Below, one piece after another: positions 8,179-18,230 of a DNA stretch of 64,000 bases; position 1 is the first letter of the stretch; every line of letters begins with the position of its first letter. This stretch comes from a candidate division WOR-3 bacterium (lineage in GTDB: Bacteria > Hydrothermota > Tepidihabitantia > SM23-42), in the NCBI GenBank assembly GCA_020353055.1, contig CP070686.1, positions 638,965 to 702,964 of the forward strand, read 5' to 3'. The notes beneath the pieces are model-generated. The model was not told the DNA's origin. It did no database searches and worked only from the letters and a program-made list of their open reading frames with translations. Both the position numbers and the translations under genes were made by a program.

Positions 8179-9243
8179 TTAGCCTGTCCTCGCTTTCATC
8201 GTCAGGAAATTGATGACGACCCTCATGAAATAATAGATATCAGTGGTAATAGGATGTTTTTTCCTCAATCTATAGTAGCGCCTCTCTGATTCAATTATCC
8301 CCTCAAACGTCTTCGGACAATCCGCATAATAAGGAGGTACGAACCCGGGTCTAATCGTCATACGTTCCTTGCGCCATTCTTCAGGGTATAGCTCAAGAAA
8401 TTCCTTGGATAAATGCCTCAGACCGATGAACGCCAAGTCGCCCTTCAGTATATTGAATAGTTGTGGCATTTCATCCAACCATAGTTTTCTCACCAGTCTT
8501 CCCCACGCCGGGACACGAAAATCATTGACTACCTTGCCATTATTGTCGATCACAAGACGATCAAGAACATAATCGTGAATGTAATTAGCATACGCATGCA
8601 TTGTTCTCAGTTTATAGCAGTATATCGGACGTCCGTCTAAGCCCTCCTTCTCTATCTTGATGAAAAGACCATCGCAGGGCTTGCCATTCATTAATACAGA
8701 GCTCTTTCTGGCCACAAAATAGAGCCTATTATCACACTCTTCTGTTGCCAGAATCTCAAACCCGCAGTAAACCAGTCTACCTAACGCCTCACATTTTGAC
8801 AGCATCCGGTGTTTATTTAATTTGAGAACTCTATAAACAGACCGTAAACCAAAAAGTCTCGGCATCAAACGCTTGAATATGAAGGCACCTAAAACCAGTA
8901 TCGCTGCAATGACACCGACGTTCTTAGAACGAATTCGATTTTGGAATTGGGTATATGTTTCAACATTGCCGATATAGATACCACGATCACTGAGCAACTT
9001 TCGGATATTCAATATGGCCTCATTGATATGTGTATAACTGTTTAGCGGCATTGTACTATATATACAATCGAATGAATCCCCGATCATATCATTATCTATG
9101 ACATTCGCATCACTAACAACCAACATGGCAGAATGACTCATGGCTACTCGCCTGAAATGTTTTCTGACCAGCGCGATGACCCTCTCTCCGAAGTTCTCTC
9201 GGAGAATTGACCTAAGGTCGTATTCCTTGATGATTAAATTCAT
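8179..9243 (-). CDS. Divergent bacterial sugar-transferase (phosphoglycosyl transferase-like) with an extra N-terminal cytoplasmic domain
   Basis: Carries KLRTM and LDEMPQLFNILKGDLAFIGLRHLS (GLR replaces the canonical GPRP), then RPGFVPP. A hydrophobic helix VGVIAAILVLGAFIF precedes the catalytic domain. The N-terminal roughly 110 aa are unassigned. Confidence 0.55.
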   Translation of the reverse strand: MNLIIKEYDLRSILRENFGERVIALVRKHFRRVAMSHSAMLVVSDANVIDNDMIGDSFDCIYSTMPLNSYTHINEAILNIRKLLSDRGIYIGNVETYTQFQNRIRSKNVGVIAAILVLGAFIFKRLMPRLFGLRSVYRVLKLNKHRMLSKCEALGRLVYCGFEILATEECDNRLYFVARKSSVLMNGKPCDGLFIKIEKEGLDGRPIYCYKLRTMHAYANYIHDYVLDRLVIDNNGKVVNDFRVPAWGRLVRKLWLDEMPQLFNILKGDLAFIGLRHLSKEFLELYPEEWRKERMTIRPGFVPPYYADCPKTFEGIIESERRYYRLRKKHPITTDIYYFMRVVINFLTMKARTG

Positions 9244-9248
9244 TGTGC

Positions 9249-11081
9249 TTAACTGTACCTTTCTGATAGATTATTCAACCACAATTCCAGATTGATCCAT
9301 TTCCAAATATCACGGGAAATATTGATCTTCCTTCGTAAATGCAGGTCATAGAGTTTGAGACACTTCCGGTAATCAACATATGGGCTTAGCCGAAAGGACG
9401 CTGAATGCATTATATCCATCACGTAAGTCTGAAAAACACTTTCTCTAAACCATTCATCTTCAGGTGTCATGAAACCAACTTTATCTTGGCGCCTAAGGAT
9501 CTCTTGAGGAACAATTTCTTGCATTGCTCTGCGTAGGATTGATTTGTTCTCACCAGCGTGAATGATCTCATTCGGGTTCAAGGCCAGCACACCCTCAACT
9601 ATCCTGTGATCCAAAAGCGGTACTCTCGATTCCAGTGAATACCACATTGAGTTTCTATCCTCCCATTTCAACAAGTGCTCCAGTTTGTATTCAAAATGAT
9701 TCAGCAGTGCATCGCGCAGTGAAGATGCATCAAATAATGTTGCGGCCAACCGAGTATTCCCAGCTTCTCGCTCGTAGAAACTCGGGTTCAGATAATTCCG
9801 GCCAACAAGTTTGGCACGTGATTTCACTGCATTGGGTAGAAGAAAATACAACAATGATTTAAAAGCATACAAAGATCGGTGCTTTCGGAAATAATGATAG
9901 ACTTCCTTCAAGAAGGTCAGTAAATGCATGTATGTCAGAAGTTCTCGATAGTAATTACCGAAGAAATAATGGTAACCACCGAGTATTTCATCTCCGCCCT
10001 GCCCATCCAAAAGGACTTTCACAGTTCCTCTGGCCAGTTGCATTACTTTAAACTGAGCATAGGGCCCCGTCGTAGCAACAGGTTCCTGTTGACAAGACAC
10101 GAACATATCCAGATCATCAAGAAGTGTGCGTACGGTCGGTGTGACCTTATGCATCCTGAAAACAGAATTGTCGAAGAGATCTATGTATTCTCCTTCATCA
10201 CCTACAACACCGGCACCGTACACGGCTGAAAAAGTATGCAAATCGTTCTTCTCAAGTATTCTTGTCATGATCGCTACGATACTCGAAGAATCCAGTCCCC
10301 CACTCAAACATACACCCACAGGCACGTCACTACGTAAGTGTATTCTGACCGAATCCGCAAGAAGATCTTTGAAATCCTTTGAAGACTTCAAAGTCGGCCT
10401 GATTTCTTCAGGTAATTTGTACCACCGGTGAAACTCAACATTGTGTCTGCTGACCTTTGCGTATTGACCATGCCCCAAACGCTTCACGCCGCTATAGAAG
10501 GTGTCATCGTATTGATCCGTACGATTATAGACCAAGTAATCGAAAATGACCGTATCGTTCGCCCCATACAAAGACGGAATCGTCTGCAGTACACCTTTAA
10601 TCTCAGATGCAAATACAAAAGTCGCATTATCACAATAATAATAAAGAGGCTTTATGCCAAATCGGTCGCGAACAAGAAATAACTCCCCTGTCTCGGTATC
10701 GTATATGGCAAATGCAAACATCCCGATGAATTTCTTTAAACATTCGATACCCCATTCAATAAATGAATAAAGCACTACCTCGGTATCAGTCCTTGAAACG
10801 AAGCGATACTTGCTATCCAATTCATTTCGCAATTCAAGATAATTATAAATCTCTCCATTGTGAATGATGCAGTAACGATTACTCTGATCAAACATTGGCT
10901 GCCGTCCTGCGGAAGTTAGATCGATAATACTCAATCTCATATGACCAAGCCCAACATTTTTATCGAGGTATAATCCTTCATCATCCGGCCCGCGATGTTT
11001 AACAGCAGACATCATGCGCTTTATTTGACTACTTTCAACTTTCTCCTGATTAAATGAATACATCCCTACTAAGCCGCACAT
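9249..11081 (-). CDS. Asparagine synthetase (glutamine-hydrolysing) family amidotransferase, WbpS-like
   Basis: Has the MCGLVG N-terminus (Cys2 nucleophile of class-II glutamine amidotransferases) and the PP-loop CLSGGLDSS, over about 610 aa. The ORF track extends to 11090 (MLDM...). The likely start is the Met-Cys at 11081. Confidence 0.8.
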   Translation of the reverse strand: MCGLVGMYSFNQEKVESSQIKRMMSAVKHRGPDDEGLYLDKNVGLGHMRLSIIDLTSAGRQPMFDQSNRYCIIHNGEIYNYLELRNELDSKYRFVSRTDTEVVLYSFIEWGIECLKKFIGMFAFAIYDTETGELFLVRDRFGIKPLYYYCDNATFVFASEIKGVLQTIPSLYGANDTVIFDYLVYNRTDQYDDTFYSGVKRLGHGQYAKVSRHNVEFHRWYKLPEEIRPTLKSSKDFKDLLADSVRIHLRSDVPVGVCLSGGLDSSSIVAIMTRILEKNDLHTFSAVYGAGVVGDEGEYIDLFDNSVFRMHKVTPTVRTLLDDLDMFVSCQQEPVATTGPYAQFKVMQLARGTVKVLLDGQGGDEILGGYHYFFGNYYRELLTYMHLLTFLKEVYHYFRKHRSLYAFKSLLYFLLPNAVKSRAKLVGRNYLNPSFYEREAGNTRLAATLFDASSLRDALLNHFEYKLEHLLKWEDRNSMWYSLESRVPLLDHRIVEGVLALNPNEIIHAGENKSILRRAMQEIVPQEILRRQDKVGFMTPEDEWFRESVFQTYVMDIMHSASFRLSPYVDYRKCLKLYDLHLRRKINISRDIWKWINLELWLNNLSERYS

Positions 11082-11082
11082 A

Positions 11083-12204
11083 TCAAGCAAAACGTAGTTG
11101 ATACAAAGGATTATTATTAATTATCGAAGCGCTCTCAGGATAACACTTCACGAACCAGATGAGGAATGCGGTGATATCAATCTTTTCTTTGAGCATACTT
11201 GCTCTCTTCTGTGCCCAAATCTCCCTTATATTTCTAATCCTCAATAATTGTAAAGCCTTTTGCTTTGCTGCATCAATGTCACGGATGTTGAAAATCAATC
11301 CGTACTCTTTCTCTAATTCAACAAAATTAGACATATCATACCGACCGACGAAAGTGTTACATCTAACAACTGGTGTCCCCAGAATTGCGGCTTCCGTAGC
11401 CATAGTTTGAGTATCAGTGAAAAGCAAAGATGCGTGGGCAAGCAAGAAATGAAGATGATTAGGATTACGTATTAACGTCGCCGGCAGTTCATCGTGCATA
11501 TCCTTTTCTGTAGAAACCAATACCTTGGCGAACCTGGATAAAACACTAAGTAGTTCTTTAACATAACCATCGCTGATCCCCGACACCCCTACATCATGAT
11601 ATGCATCCCAGGCATTTAATCGGACAATAACATAGATCTCGCCAGGTTGAATACCATAAGTGCCCAGCAAGTCTTTGCTTGCCGAGAACCTATGCGGATG
11701 CAAGTAGGCCAACTCCTTAAAGCTCTTCATGCGGATCTCTTTGTGCCCGAAGGAGCGTCTAAACCTCTCCGGAACGAGTACATGGCTTGTGAAAGGCACG
11801 TATGTCATCTGCTGAAGAGCTGTCACCTCATCATCTTCGAACATAATTGATGGTATTCCAAAGAGGAAGGAAGCCAATGAACCTGCGGTAGAACCGACGC
11901 CCAATACCATATCCGGACGAACTTTTCTGACTGCGTATGATATTCTCATCGTAGATATCAAATACTCGAATATCTTTCTGAGCATCGAGCGACGTTGAAA
12001 TGCAACCACCTGATATGGTGCGTCTAGATCTTCGAATAGTCTCTCAACGTTCTTGAATCTGCGAACCAGTACGTGAATATCTGCGGTATTCTTTAATTCA
12101 CGAATGACATTCTTAAAGAAATGAAAGTGGGCCTGAGTCCAGATTACAAAGACATATTTCTTTCTTGCAGAAATCGATTCTCCGGTAGCCGTGGAACACC
12201 TCAC
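11083..12204 (-). CDS. DUF354-family GT-B-like protein, the common partner of UDP-GlcNAc 2-epimerase
   Basis: N-terminus KYVFVIWTQAHFHFFKNVIRELKNTADIHVLV matches the DUF354 signature (KIWIDxxNxPHVxFFKxIIxELxxxGHEV). It sits directly adjacent to wecB. Confidence 0.5.
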   Translation of the reverse strand: MRCSTATGESISARKKYVFVIWTQAHFHFFKNVIRELKNTADIHVLVRRFKNVERLFEDLDAPYQVVAFQRRSMLRKIFEYLISTMRISYAVRKVRPDMVLGVGSTAGSLASFLFGIPSIMFEDDEVTALQQMTYVPFTSHVLVPERFRRSFGHKEIRMKSFKELAYLHPHRFSASKDLLGTYGIQPGEIYVIVRLNAWDAYHDVGVSGISDGYVKELLSVLSRFAKVLVSTEKDMHDELPATLIRNPNHLHFLLAHASLLFTDTQTMATEAAILGTPVVRCNTFVGRYDMSNFVELEKEYGLIFNIRDIDAAKQKALQLLRIRNIREIWAQKRASMLKEKIDITAFLIWFVKCYPESASIINNNPLYQLRFA

Positions 12205-12256
12205 TTTTTCATCTGAATCATGCTATGACGATAATATTCTCGCTTACCACTCGATG

Positions 12257-13477
12257 CTAGTCTATATCACTGCTGGTTCTCACCTGGGCAAGCAATTTGA
12301 CAATTCTCGCAGCAGCCTTGCCATCTCCTAAAACATGATCATCAGCATTTATGCCTTCTTGATTTTGCTTGTTGAGCGATCCTATGGCGCTGGCAACACT
12401 CTGACTTTGCACACCTCCGATTTTCATTGAATCATATTCGAGCAATTCTACCCACTCGGTCTCCTCACGTAGAACAACACACGGAACACCCAGTAAGAAT
12501 GCTTCTCGCTGCACACCACCTGAATCCGTCAGCACTACTGCGGAATTTTTTTCAAGTACGAGCATGTCACAGTAACTAACAGGATCTGTGAATCTGACAC
12601 GCGAATCATCCAGATGATATCCCCCCTGTCGACGCAGGACATTTTGCGTCCTCGGATGCACAGGGAAGAGAATCGGCTTCTTGTCATCAATGTCGTGGAG
12701 CGCATCGATGATACTTTTTACTCTGGTTGGATCATCCGTATTCTCGGCTCTGTGGATCGTCACCAGATAGTACCCTTTTGGCTCCAGAGCGAATTCATCC
12801 AATATTCTGGATTTTTTTTCGGCAACGCCCATGCTCATCAACAGGCTATCGTACATGACGTCTCCAACATTGATGACAACCGGTATCTGTTCCCGGGATA
12901 AAGGAATATTAGTGTCCTGAACGCCGATAAGCGCACCATTATTCAGGATCTCGACAAATCCTTCGTTACGGAGGTTTGAAATAGCAGTTCCGGTCGGGCA
13001 AAAAAGAAAATCTGCGCAGTGGTCGGTCAGCACTCGATTGATTTCCTCCGGCATGGAACGAACAAAACTTCTCAGTCCAGCTTCAATATGAGCCAGGGGA
13101 TAATGCAACTTAGCAGCGGCAAGAGCACCTGCAAGCGTCGTATTCGTATCACCGTACACGAGCACCACATCGGGTTTTTCGTCAAGCAAAATCTTTTCGA
13201 CACGCGCCAACATCTTTCCCGTTTGCCAACCGTGCGGGCCTGACCCCACGCCCAGATAGAAATCAGGTTTCGGGAGTTCTAAATCATCGAAAAAGATCCT
13301 ATTCATCTTGAAGGAATAGTGCTGTCCGGTGTGCACGACCTTATGCGATATGACTCTGTTTTCAGTCAATGAGTTATGTTCTGCAATTGCTCTTATGATG
13401 GGTGCAAGCTTAACGAACTGCGGACGGTTTCCGATCACGCTCAGTAATTTCATCTTTTCCATCGGCACTTTCTCCAA
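12257..13477 (-). CDS. wecB: UDP-N-acetylglucosamine 2-epimerase (non-hydrolysing), WecB family
   Basis: Carries HTGQHYSFKMNRIFFDDLELPKPDFYLGVGSG, VYGDTNTTLAGALAAAKLHYPLAHIEAGLRSF and MPEEINRVLTDH. Confidence 0.85.
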   Translation of the reverse strand: MEKVPMEKMKLLSVIGNRPQFVKLAPIIRAIAEHNSLTENRVISHKVVHTGQHYSFKMNRIFFDDLELPKPDFYLGVGSGPHGWQTGKMLARVEKILLDEKPDVVLVYGDTNTTLAGALAAAKLHYPLAHIEAGLRSFVRSMPEEINRVLTDHCADFLFCPTGTAISNLRNEGFVEILNNGALIGVQDTNIPLSREQIPVVINVGDVMYDSLLMSMGVAEKKSRILDEFALEPKGYYLVTIHRAENTDDPTRVKSIIDALHDIDDKKPILFPVHPRTQNVLRRQGGYHLDDSRVRFTDPVSYCDMLVLEKNSAVVLTDSGGVQREAFLLGVPCVVLREETEWVELLEYDSMKIGGVQSQSVASAIGSLNKQNQEGINADDHVLGDGKAAARIVKLLAQVRTSSDID

Positions 13478-14457
13478 AGATAGAACATCGTAATCGCCGT
13501 TTTGTACTTGCCAGGTTGATGAATCTTTTCAAAGCGGCCGAAATTCAAAATCGCTCCTCCGAATTTCTGTTTGAATCTGCGAACCCCGTAATCTTTATCG
13601 GGGCTGCCTGCTCCGCCAAAATCAAAGGTCGAATAACCGTTAGCCTTTCCCCATTTGAAAACTTCCCAGGGCAGTATGTCGTTGGGGTACTTTCTCAGAA
13701 ATTCGAACCGACTTCCCGCATACCAGTCATATAACAAGTCTTTGTACGCCAGAATGCAGATCACGCCGATGAGTTTATCGTCAATGAAGGCACCAAAGTA
13801 TCTGATCATCTGGTGAGGGCCGAGTACTCTGAAGGCCCCTTGAAACATTGTCTTGTCGGCCAGTGGCAATCCAGCTTGAGCATAGACTCCTTTCAGGATT
13901 TCGTAAGAAGTATCGATATCATCCTTTCCATCCAGTTCACGTACTTTCACCCCCTCCTTGTAAGCCTTCCTGATCTCGTTGCGTCTCTTTGAATGCATTT
14001 CATCCCATAATGACTGTTCTGATTTTGTTAAATCGATGATTATATTCAGGTGATCCTTATACGAATACTTTAGTTCAAGAAAATTTGGCTGCAACTTGTC
14101 AATATCCCAGAGGTTACGGAATTGGGTGTATAACGCCCTCGCCCGTATCTCCTTCTCATAGGCACGGAGTAACAAAGCAAGAATGTTAAGGTCGTCGTGT
14201 GCGACAAGGGGGCCCCCCCATACCACCGAACGTGTGGTTAGTCCGCCTAACGGACCGTCAAACTCCCGCAGTAAAACGGCAACTAATAACCCCTGAACAG
14301 CCCCGTTATCACTTACGACGGCAAATAGCAACGGCTCATTGTGTTTAGTGTTACTGTAGACATCATACATTTCCGGTGTCTGAAAGATATTCCCTTTAGG
14401 ATGATCACGAACGAAATCTGACCAGATCTGCCGATCTAATTTATTGACGATATTCAT
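13450..14457 (-). CDS. FemAB-family / GNAT-fold (Acetyltransf_6-like) aminoacyl- or acyl-transferase, resembling the exosortase-locus FemAB-like proteins
   Basis: 335 aa. The motif SLWDEMHSKRRNEIRKAYKEGVKVRE is the FemAB / BioF2-like hallmark (KRRNxIRKA). Size and context fit the PEP-CTERM-associated FemAB-like family. Confidence 0.5.
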   Translation of the reverse strand: MNIVNKLDRQIWSDFVRDHPKGNIFQTPEMYDVYSNTKHNEPLLFAVVSDNGAVQGLLVAVLLREFDGPLGGLTTRSVVWGGPLVAHDDLNILALLLRAYEKEIRARALYTQFRNLWDIDKLQPNFLELKYSYKDHLNIIIDLTKSEQSLWDEMHSKRRNEIRKAYKEGVKVRELDGKDDIDTSYEILKGVYAQAGLPLADKTMFQGAFRVLGPHQMIRYFGAFIDDKLIGVICILAYKDLLYDWYAGSRFEFLRKYPNDILPWEVFKWGKANGYSTFDFGGAGSPDKDYGVRRFKQKFGGAILNFGRFEKIHQPGKYKTAITMFYLWRKCRWKR

Positions 14458-14523
14458 CGGATACTTATCATCTGTCGACCTGACAAGAGTACTTAGCGTA
14501 ATCAGACAATGCTATGATAAGAC

Positions 14524-15294
14524 TCATAACCACTTGCGGCGCTTTACTAATACCCGTTTACCGAGATTCTTCACATTTTGCCAGACCAATTCCTCAAACC
14601 ACCGAAGGTAATCGTCATTCCACCGGTGTGGATGTGCATTCACCATTATCTGATCCGGTAATGCATTTCTACGAACGGCGGCAACAATGTCTGTTGTCTT
14701 CCTTAGATCGTGGCCGATTGCTGAATCCACTTTGTCTCTAACGTTAGTGTTGTCACTATTCCAGCGTCGACCTGTATCAGTCAGATAAAGCATCCGACGA
14801 AAATCAATGTCAAGATATGGTTCTCCAACAATCCCCAATTTCCGATAGTTGTGTCTCTGCCAGAGTGAACGATTATCCCATCTCGATAAAGGGCTGCCGT
14901 GCATGCAGATCGTCCTAACTGAACTTAGTGCTCTTAATTTCTCCAGGTTGTCCATAAAACTGATGATGGCCTTTGTGTAGTCGCCGTCTGCACGGGAAAG
15001 ATCCTCGTAGTGATATCCTATCTCATGACCCATCCTGTGTATATCACGTATGACATCCTCGTCATAGCAGGAGCCTACGCATCTGAAATAGTAGCTTGCT
15101 TTGATGCCCATTTTCTGCTCGCAACGTGCCATTGTTACGGCGGTATGCGGTCGCCTATCGACATCGTGACGCATCAGAACCCGTTTGCGACTTGAGTTCG
15201 CAGACCAGTAATCGACAACCGGCACAAACTCGTAACCGTTTGCCAAAAATTCAATACAAAGATTTTCGTAGCAGCGTAATGTAAAATCGCGCAT
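14524..15294 (-). CDS. Polysaccharide deacetylase / deformylase family protein (CE4, ArnD-like)
   Basis: N-terminal LMRHDVDRRPHT resembles the xIDVDTxRG motif of ArnD-type NodB-fold enzymes. About 256 aa. Several His/Asp-rich motifs (HEIGYHYED, CMHGSP). Confidence 0.4.
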   Translation of the reverse strand: MRDFTLRCYENLCIEFLANGYEFVPVVDYWSANSSRKRVLMRHDVDRRPHTAVTMARCEQKMGIKASYYFRCVGSCYDEDVIRDIHRMGHEIGYHYEDLSRADGDYTKAIISFMDNLEKLRALSSVRTICMHGSPLSRWDNRSLWQRHNYRKLGIVGEPYLDIDFRRMLYLTDTGRRWNSDNTNVRDKVDSAIGHDLRKTTDIVAAVRRNALPDQIMVNAHPHRWNDDYLRWFEELVWQNVKNLGKRVLVKRRKWL

Positions 15295-15334
15295 TACCTT
15301 GATCTCTTACTACATTGTTCTACCAACGCACATG

Positions 15335-16336
15335 TTACATTTTCCATTTGTCCTCTCCGCGATGTCTCTTACTTCCGCATACTTGTCTGTAGATATTGAT
15401 TATCTTGTCGGCAACGTTATTGATTTCAAGATACTTGATATTCTCACGACCATTTGTACGCTTACCATACTCGAGAGATAATTGGAGCTTTTTTGCCAAA
15501 TCTTCTTTGTCAAAAGAAGCAATATAACAACCTTCCGTATTACCTAATACCTCCCTGACATCACCGACATCGGTAGATACAATCGGTAAATTGCATGCCA
15601 TTGCCTCTTTGATCACATTGGGTGAACCCTCCTGCAACGAAGTGCACAGCAGGACATCTGCCATGTTCATATATGCGTTTACTTGCTGTGCATGAATACC
15701 AAACGGAACCACCAGTTCGACGTCTGGGTATTTCTGCTTCAGTATCTGTACGGCACTCACCGCAAGGCGAAAATTCTTGCGGGGATCGTCTGGGTCGCCC
15801 AGAAAGAGAATAGTCTTATTACGCTTTCCAGCATATAGTTGAGAAACAGCTTTGTCTTGCATTGGTCTGAATAACTCAAAATCTACACCGTTTGGTACAA
15901 CGTACACATGATCGGCATTTATGAGTTCTTTCATTCTGCTTGATTTAACTATTACCGCCTCTGCAAAATTGACGAGCAACGTCGAGAAAAGAATGTTAAA
16001 GTATCCGACAATTCTCTGACCACCTCTGCTGTTGAGAACCCCGAAGAGGTCATTACCCATGAAAGATACTACTACTGGAACTTTTCTTTGTAGAACACCC
16101 ACCCATCCACAATAGCTATAATGTGCATGAACAATATCATATCTCCGATTGAGAAGTCTTTTCCATAGCCTAACGACTCCTATGATGTAGTTGAACGTAT
16201 TCTCAGTAGCACGTAAATCCAAGATATCGACGGCAACACCTTTGCGGCCAAGTGATTTGATCTGAGATACGATGAACGGCTTCAGATATGGCTTTTCGCT
16301 CGTTGGCCAAGAACTGACAATATGTAGCACCTTCAT
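15335..16336 (-). CDS. Glycosyltransferase family 4
   Basis: C-terminal GT-B motif LLCTSLQEGSPNVIKEAMACNLPIVSTDVGD (EX7E). N-terminus MKVLHIVSSW. Confidence 0.8.
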   Translation of the reverse strand: MKVLHIVSSWPTSEKPYLKPFIVSQIKSLGRKGVAVDILDLRATENTFNYIIGVVRLWKRLLNRRYDIVHAHYSYCGWVGVLQRKVPVVVSFMGNDLFGVLNSRGGQRIVGYFNILFSTLLVNFAEAVIVKSSRMKELINADHVYVVPNGVDFELFRPMQDKAVSQLYAGKRNKTILFLGDPDDPRKNFRLAVSAVQILKQKYPDVELVVPFGIHAQQVNAYMNMADVLLCTSLQEGSPNVIKEAMACNLPIVSTDVGDVREVLGNTEGCYIASFDKEDLAKKLQLSLEYGKRTNGRENIKYLEINNVADKIINIYRQVCGSKRHRGEDKWKM

Positions 16337-18204
16337 AAGTTACCAAGATAAAGCTTTTGCCAAAATGCAAAGGAAACTGCCTTACAGAATTCAACCAGAT
16401 TACTTGTCCAATAACCGTTCTTGAAATCATCTAATATTCTTGTCGTATTCACAAATTCATTTCCGGTGAGTATTGAATCGCCATTCTTCGACATGAACAT
16501 CTTTATCCCACGCACGAGGCCGTAATCTTCCGATGGTGTACGACGGGAATGCTGTAACAAATATGCCATTGCGGCTCTTATCTTACCGCTTTTCGTGATC
16601 AAATCTCGCGGTGAATACTTCCTATCCGTAACCTGCCTGGCAAGCTCGGCGCTGTGCTTATCGATAAGGTAGGCATAGAATTGCTGACCACGCAGCCTGT
16701 CCAATGGATTCTGTGTGAAAAAACGAAAGTTGGCTCCACAAAAAGGTGTCCGGAAAATAAAATCGACAAACGCATAATCAAGAAAAGGCACTCGGTTATA
16801 TACGTACGGACTCTCCATCGCTATCTCAGGTCCGAAATACTTTCTCAACACCTCATTTAGAATGAATACGTAAAGTCTCTGATTTAGCGTGAGTTTGCGT
16901 TCATTGAATGACTTCAGTCCGAGTACAGACCCTTCTATTCGCTCAGAAAAATCCCTGGTTCGCGGTTTTCGAAAATACCTCAATGGCCGACCATCGGTCA
17001 ACATTTCTCGTATAGCGCTCACCCCATTGGTATACAACACCCTGATATTCTCGCTAATGACCGTGCCGACATTACTCAACGGCCGCAGTAGTTCGCTCCC
17101 GCATATTCCTGTCAGAACCACTTTCACTTGTGCGCCAATTTGTTCAAAGGCATATGGGTAATGCGCCCTCGCAATTGAACTTCTTCCGTCTGAATACATA
17201 ACGGCGAGTTCTGCATATTTGTCAAAGTGACACCGTTCGTAATCACCATCCAGGTATATGGGATAATAATCGTAACCTAGAAGATTGGAAATTCTATCGG
17301 GGACAACCATATCTCCTGATGTATGCTTGCCAAAAGAATAGAGCAAAATGTCCTTGCGATCTTTATCTAGTAAAGATAATATTGTTCTAGTGTCAAAACC
17401 GCCCGTAAGCGAAACTCCAACCCGGGCCGAACCGGCGTGCATCCGGTTGACGGCGCGCGTCAACCGGTAATCTGCCCCCTCAATGCTGTCTTCAACAGAC
17501 AAGAGTTTTTTACCGAAAAGAGACTCCTGATTCCAGTAGCGGGATTCCGTAATTCGTGAGCCTTCGACTGTCAGTACAGTCGCAGGCTCAAGAGTCTTTA
17601 CTTCCTCGAAGAATGTATCGTTGTCGAGCGGATAGTGAAACAGAGCATACTCAATCATAGCCTTCTTGTTGATACTTTTATCTATTAACGGGCACTGCAT
17701 CAAAGACCTCAAGCTGGATGAAAAAAGAAGATAACCGTCGATCTTAGCGAGGTACAATACGCGCAGCCCGAATCGGCTATTGATTATCCTATATATGTTC
17801 TTCTCTTTGTCGACGATAACAATGTTAAAACAACCCCTGAGGTACTTGAGAAAATCAAGTCCGTACTCTTTATAAAGATAAGGTATCGATTCGTGTCCGT
17901 CAATTTCCTTGTCTCCAGTGTTGACTTTCTGCTCCAACGGAGAAACAGCGTCATCAACAGTTACTTCCCCATCAACTATACATAATACACTTTGCTCACC
18001 ATTGCCTTGCAATTTAGGACCGTTCAGAAGGTTGTCAATATTTGTCACACCCAACAGGTGGTGAATGCCCCGTGATCTCTTGAGGTGATCTTGCTTACCG
18101 ACCTTAATGCCACTCGCCATTGCATCAAAGTACTTTTCCATCTTCCTTATTGATCTATCTAAACCGATTATTCCCACTATCCCTGGCATGAATCTATTCC
18201 GCAA
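16333..18204 (-). CDS. Asparagine-synthetase-family protein lacking the glutaminase nucleophile (Cys2 replaced by Pro: MPGIVGIIG)
   Basis: The first 14 residues align with AsnB but read M-P-G-I-V-G. The PP-loop variant VSLTGGFDTRT is present. About 620 aa. Confidence 0.7.
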   Translation of the reverse strand: MRNRFMPGIVGIIGLDRSIRKMEKYFDAMASGIKVGKQDHLKRSRGIHHLLGVTNIDNLLNGPKLQGNGEQSVLCIVDGEVTVDDAVSPLEQKVNTGDKEIDGHESIPYLYKEYGLDFLKYLRGCFNIVIVDKEKNIYRIINSRFGLRVLYLAKIDGYLLFSSSLRSLMQCPLIDKSINKKAMIEYALFHYPLDNDTFFEEVKTLEPATVLTVEGSRITESRYWNQESLFGKKLLSVEDSIEGADYRLTRAVNRMHAGSARVGVSLTGGFDTRTILSLLDKDRKDILLYSFGKHTSGDMVVPDRISNLLGYDYYPIYLDGDYERCHFDKYAELAVMYSDGRSSIARAHYPYAFEQIGAQVKVVLTGICGSELLRPLSNVGTVISENIRVLYTNGVSAIREMLTDGRPLRYFRKPRTRDFSERIEGSVLGLKSFNERKLTLNQRLYVFILNEVLRKYFGPEIAMESPYVYNRVPFLDYAFVDFIFRTPFCGANFRFFTQNPLDRLRGQQFYAYLIDKHSAELARQVTDRKYSPRDLITKSGKIRAAMAYLLQHSRRTPSEDYGLVRGIKMFMSKNGDSILTGNEFVNTTRILDDFKNGYWTSNLVEFCKAVSFAFWQKLYLGNL

Positions 18205-18230
18205 ACAAAATCATCGTTGGGCCGATCCTC

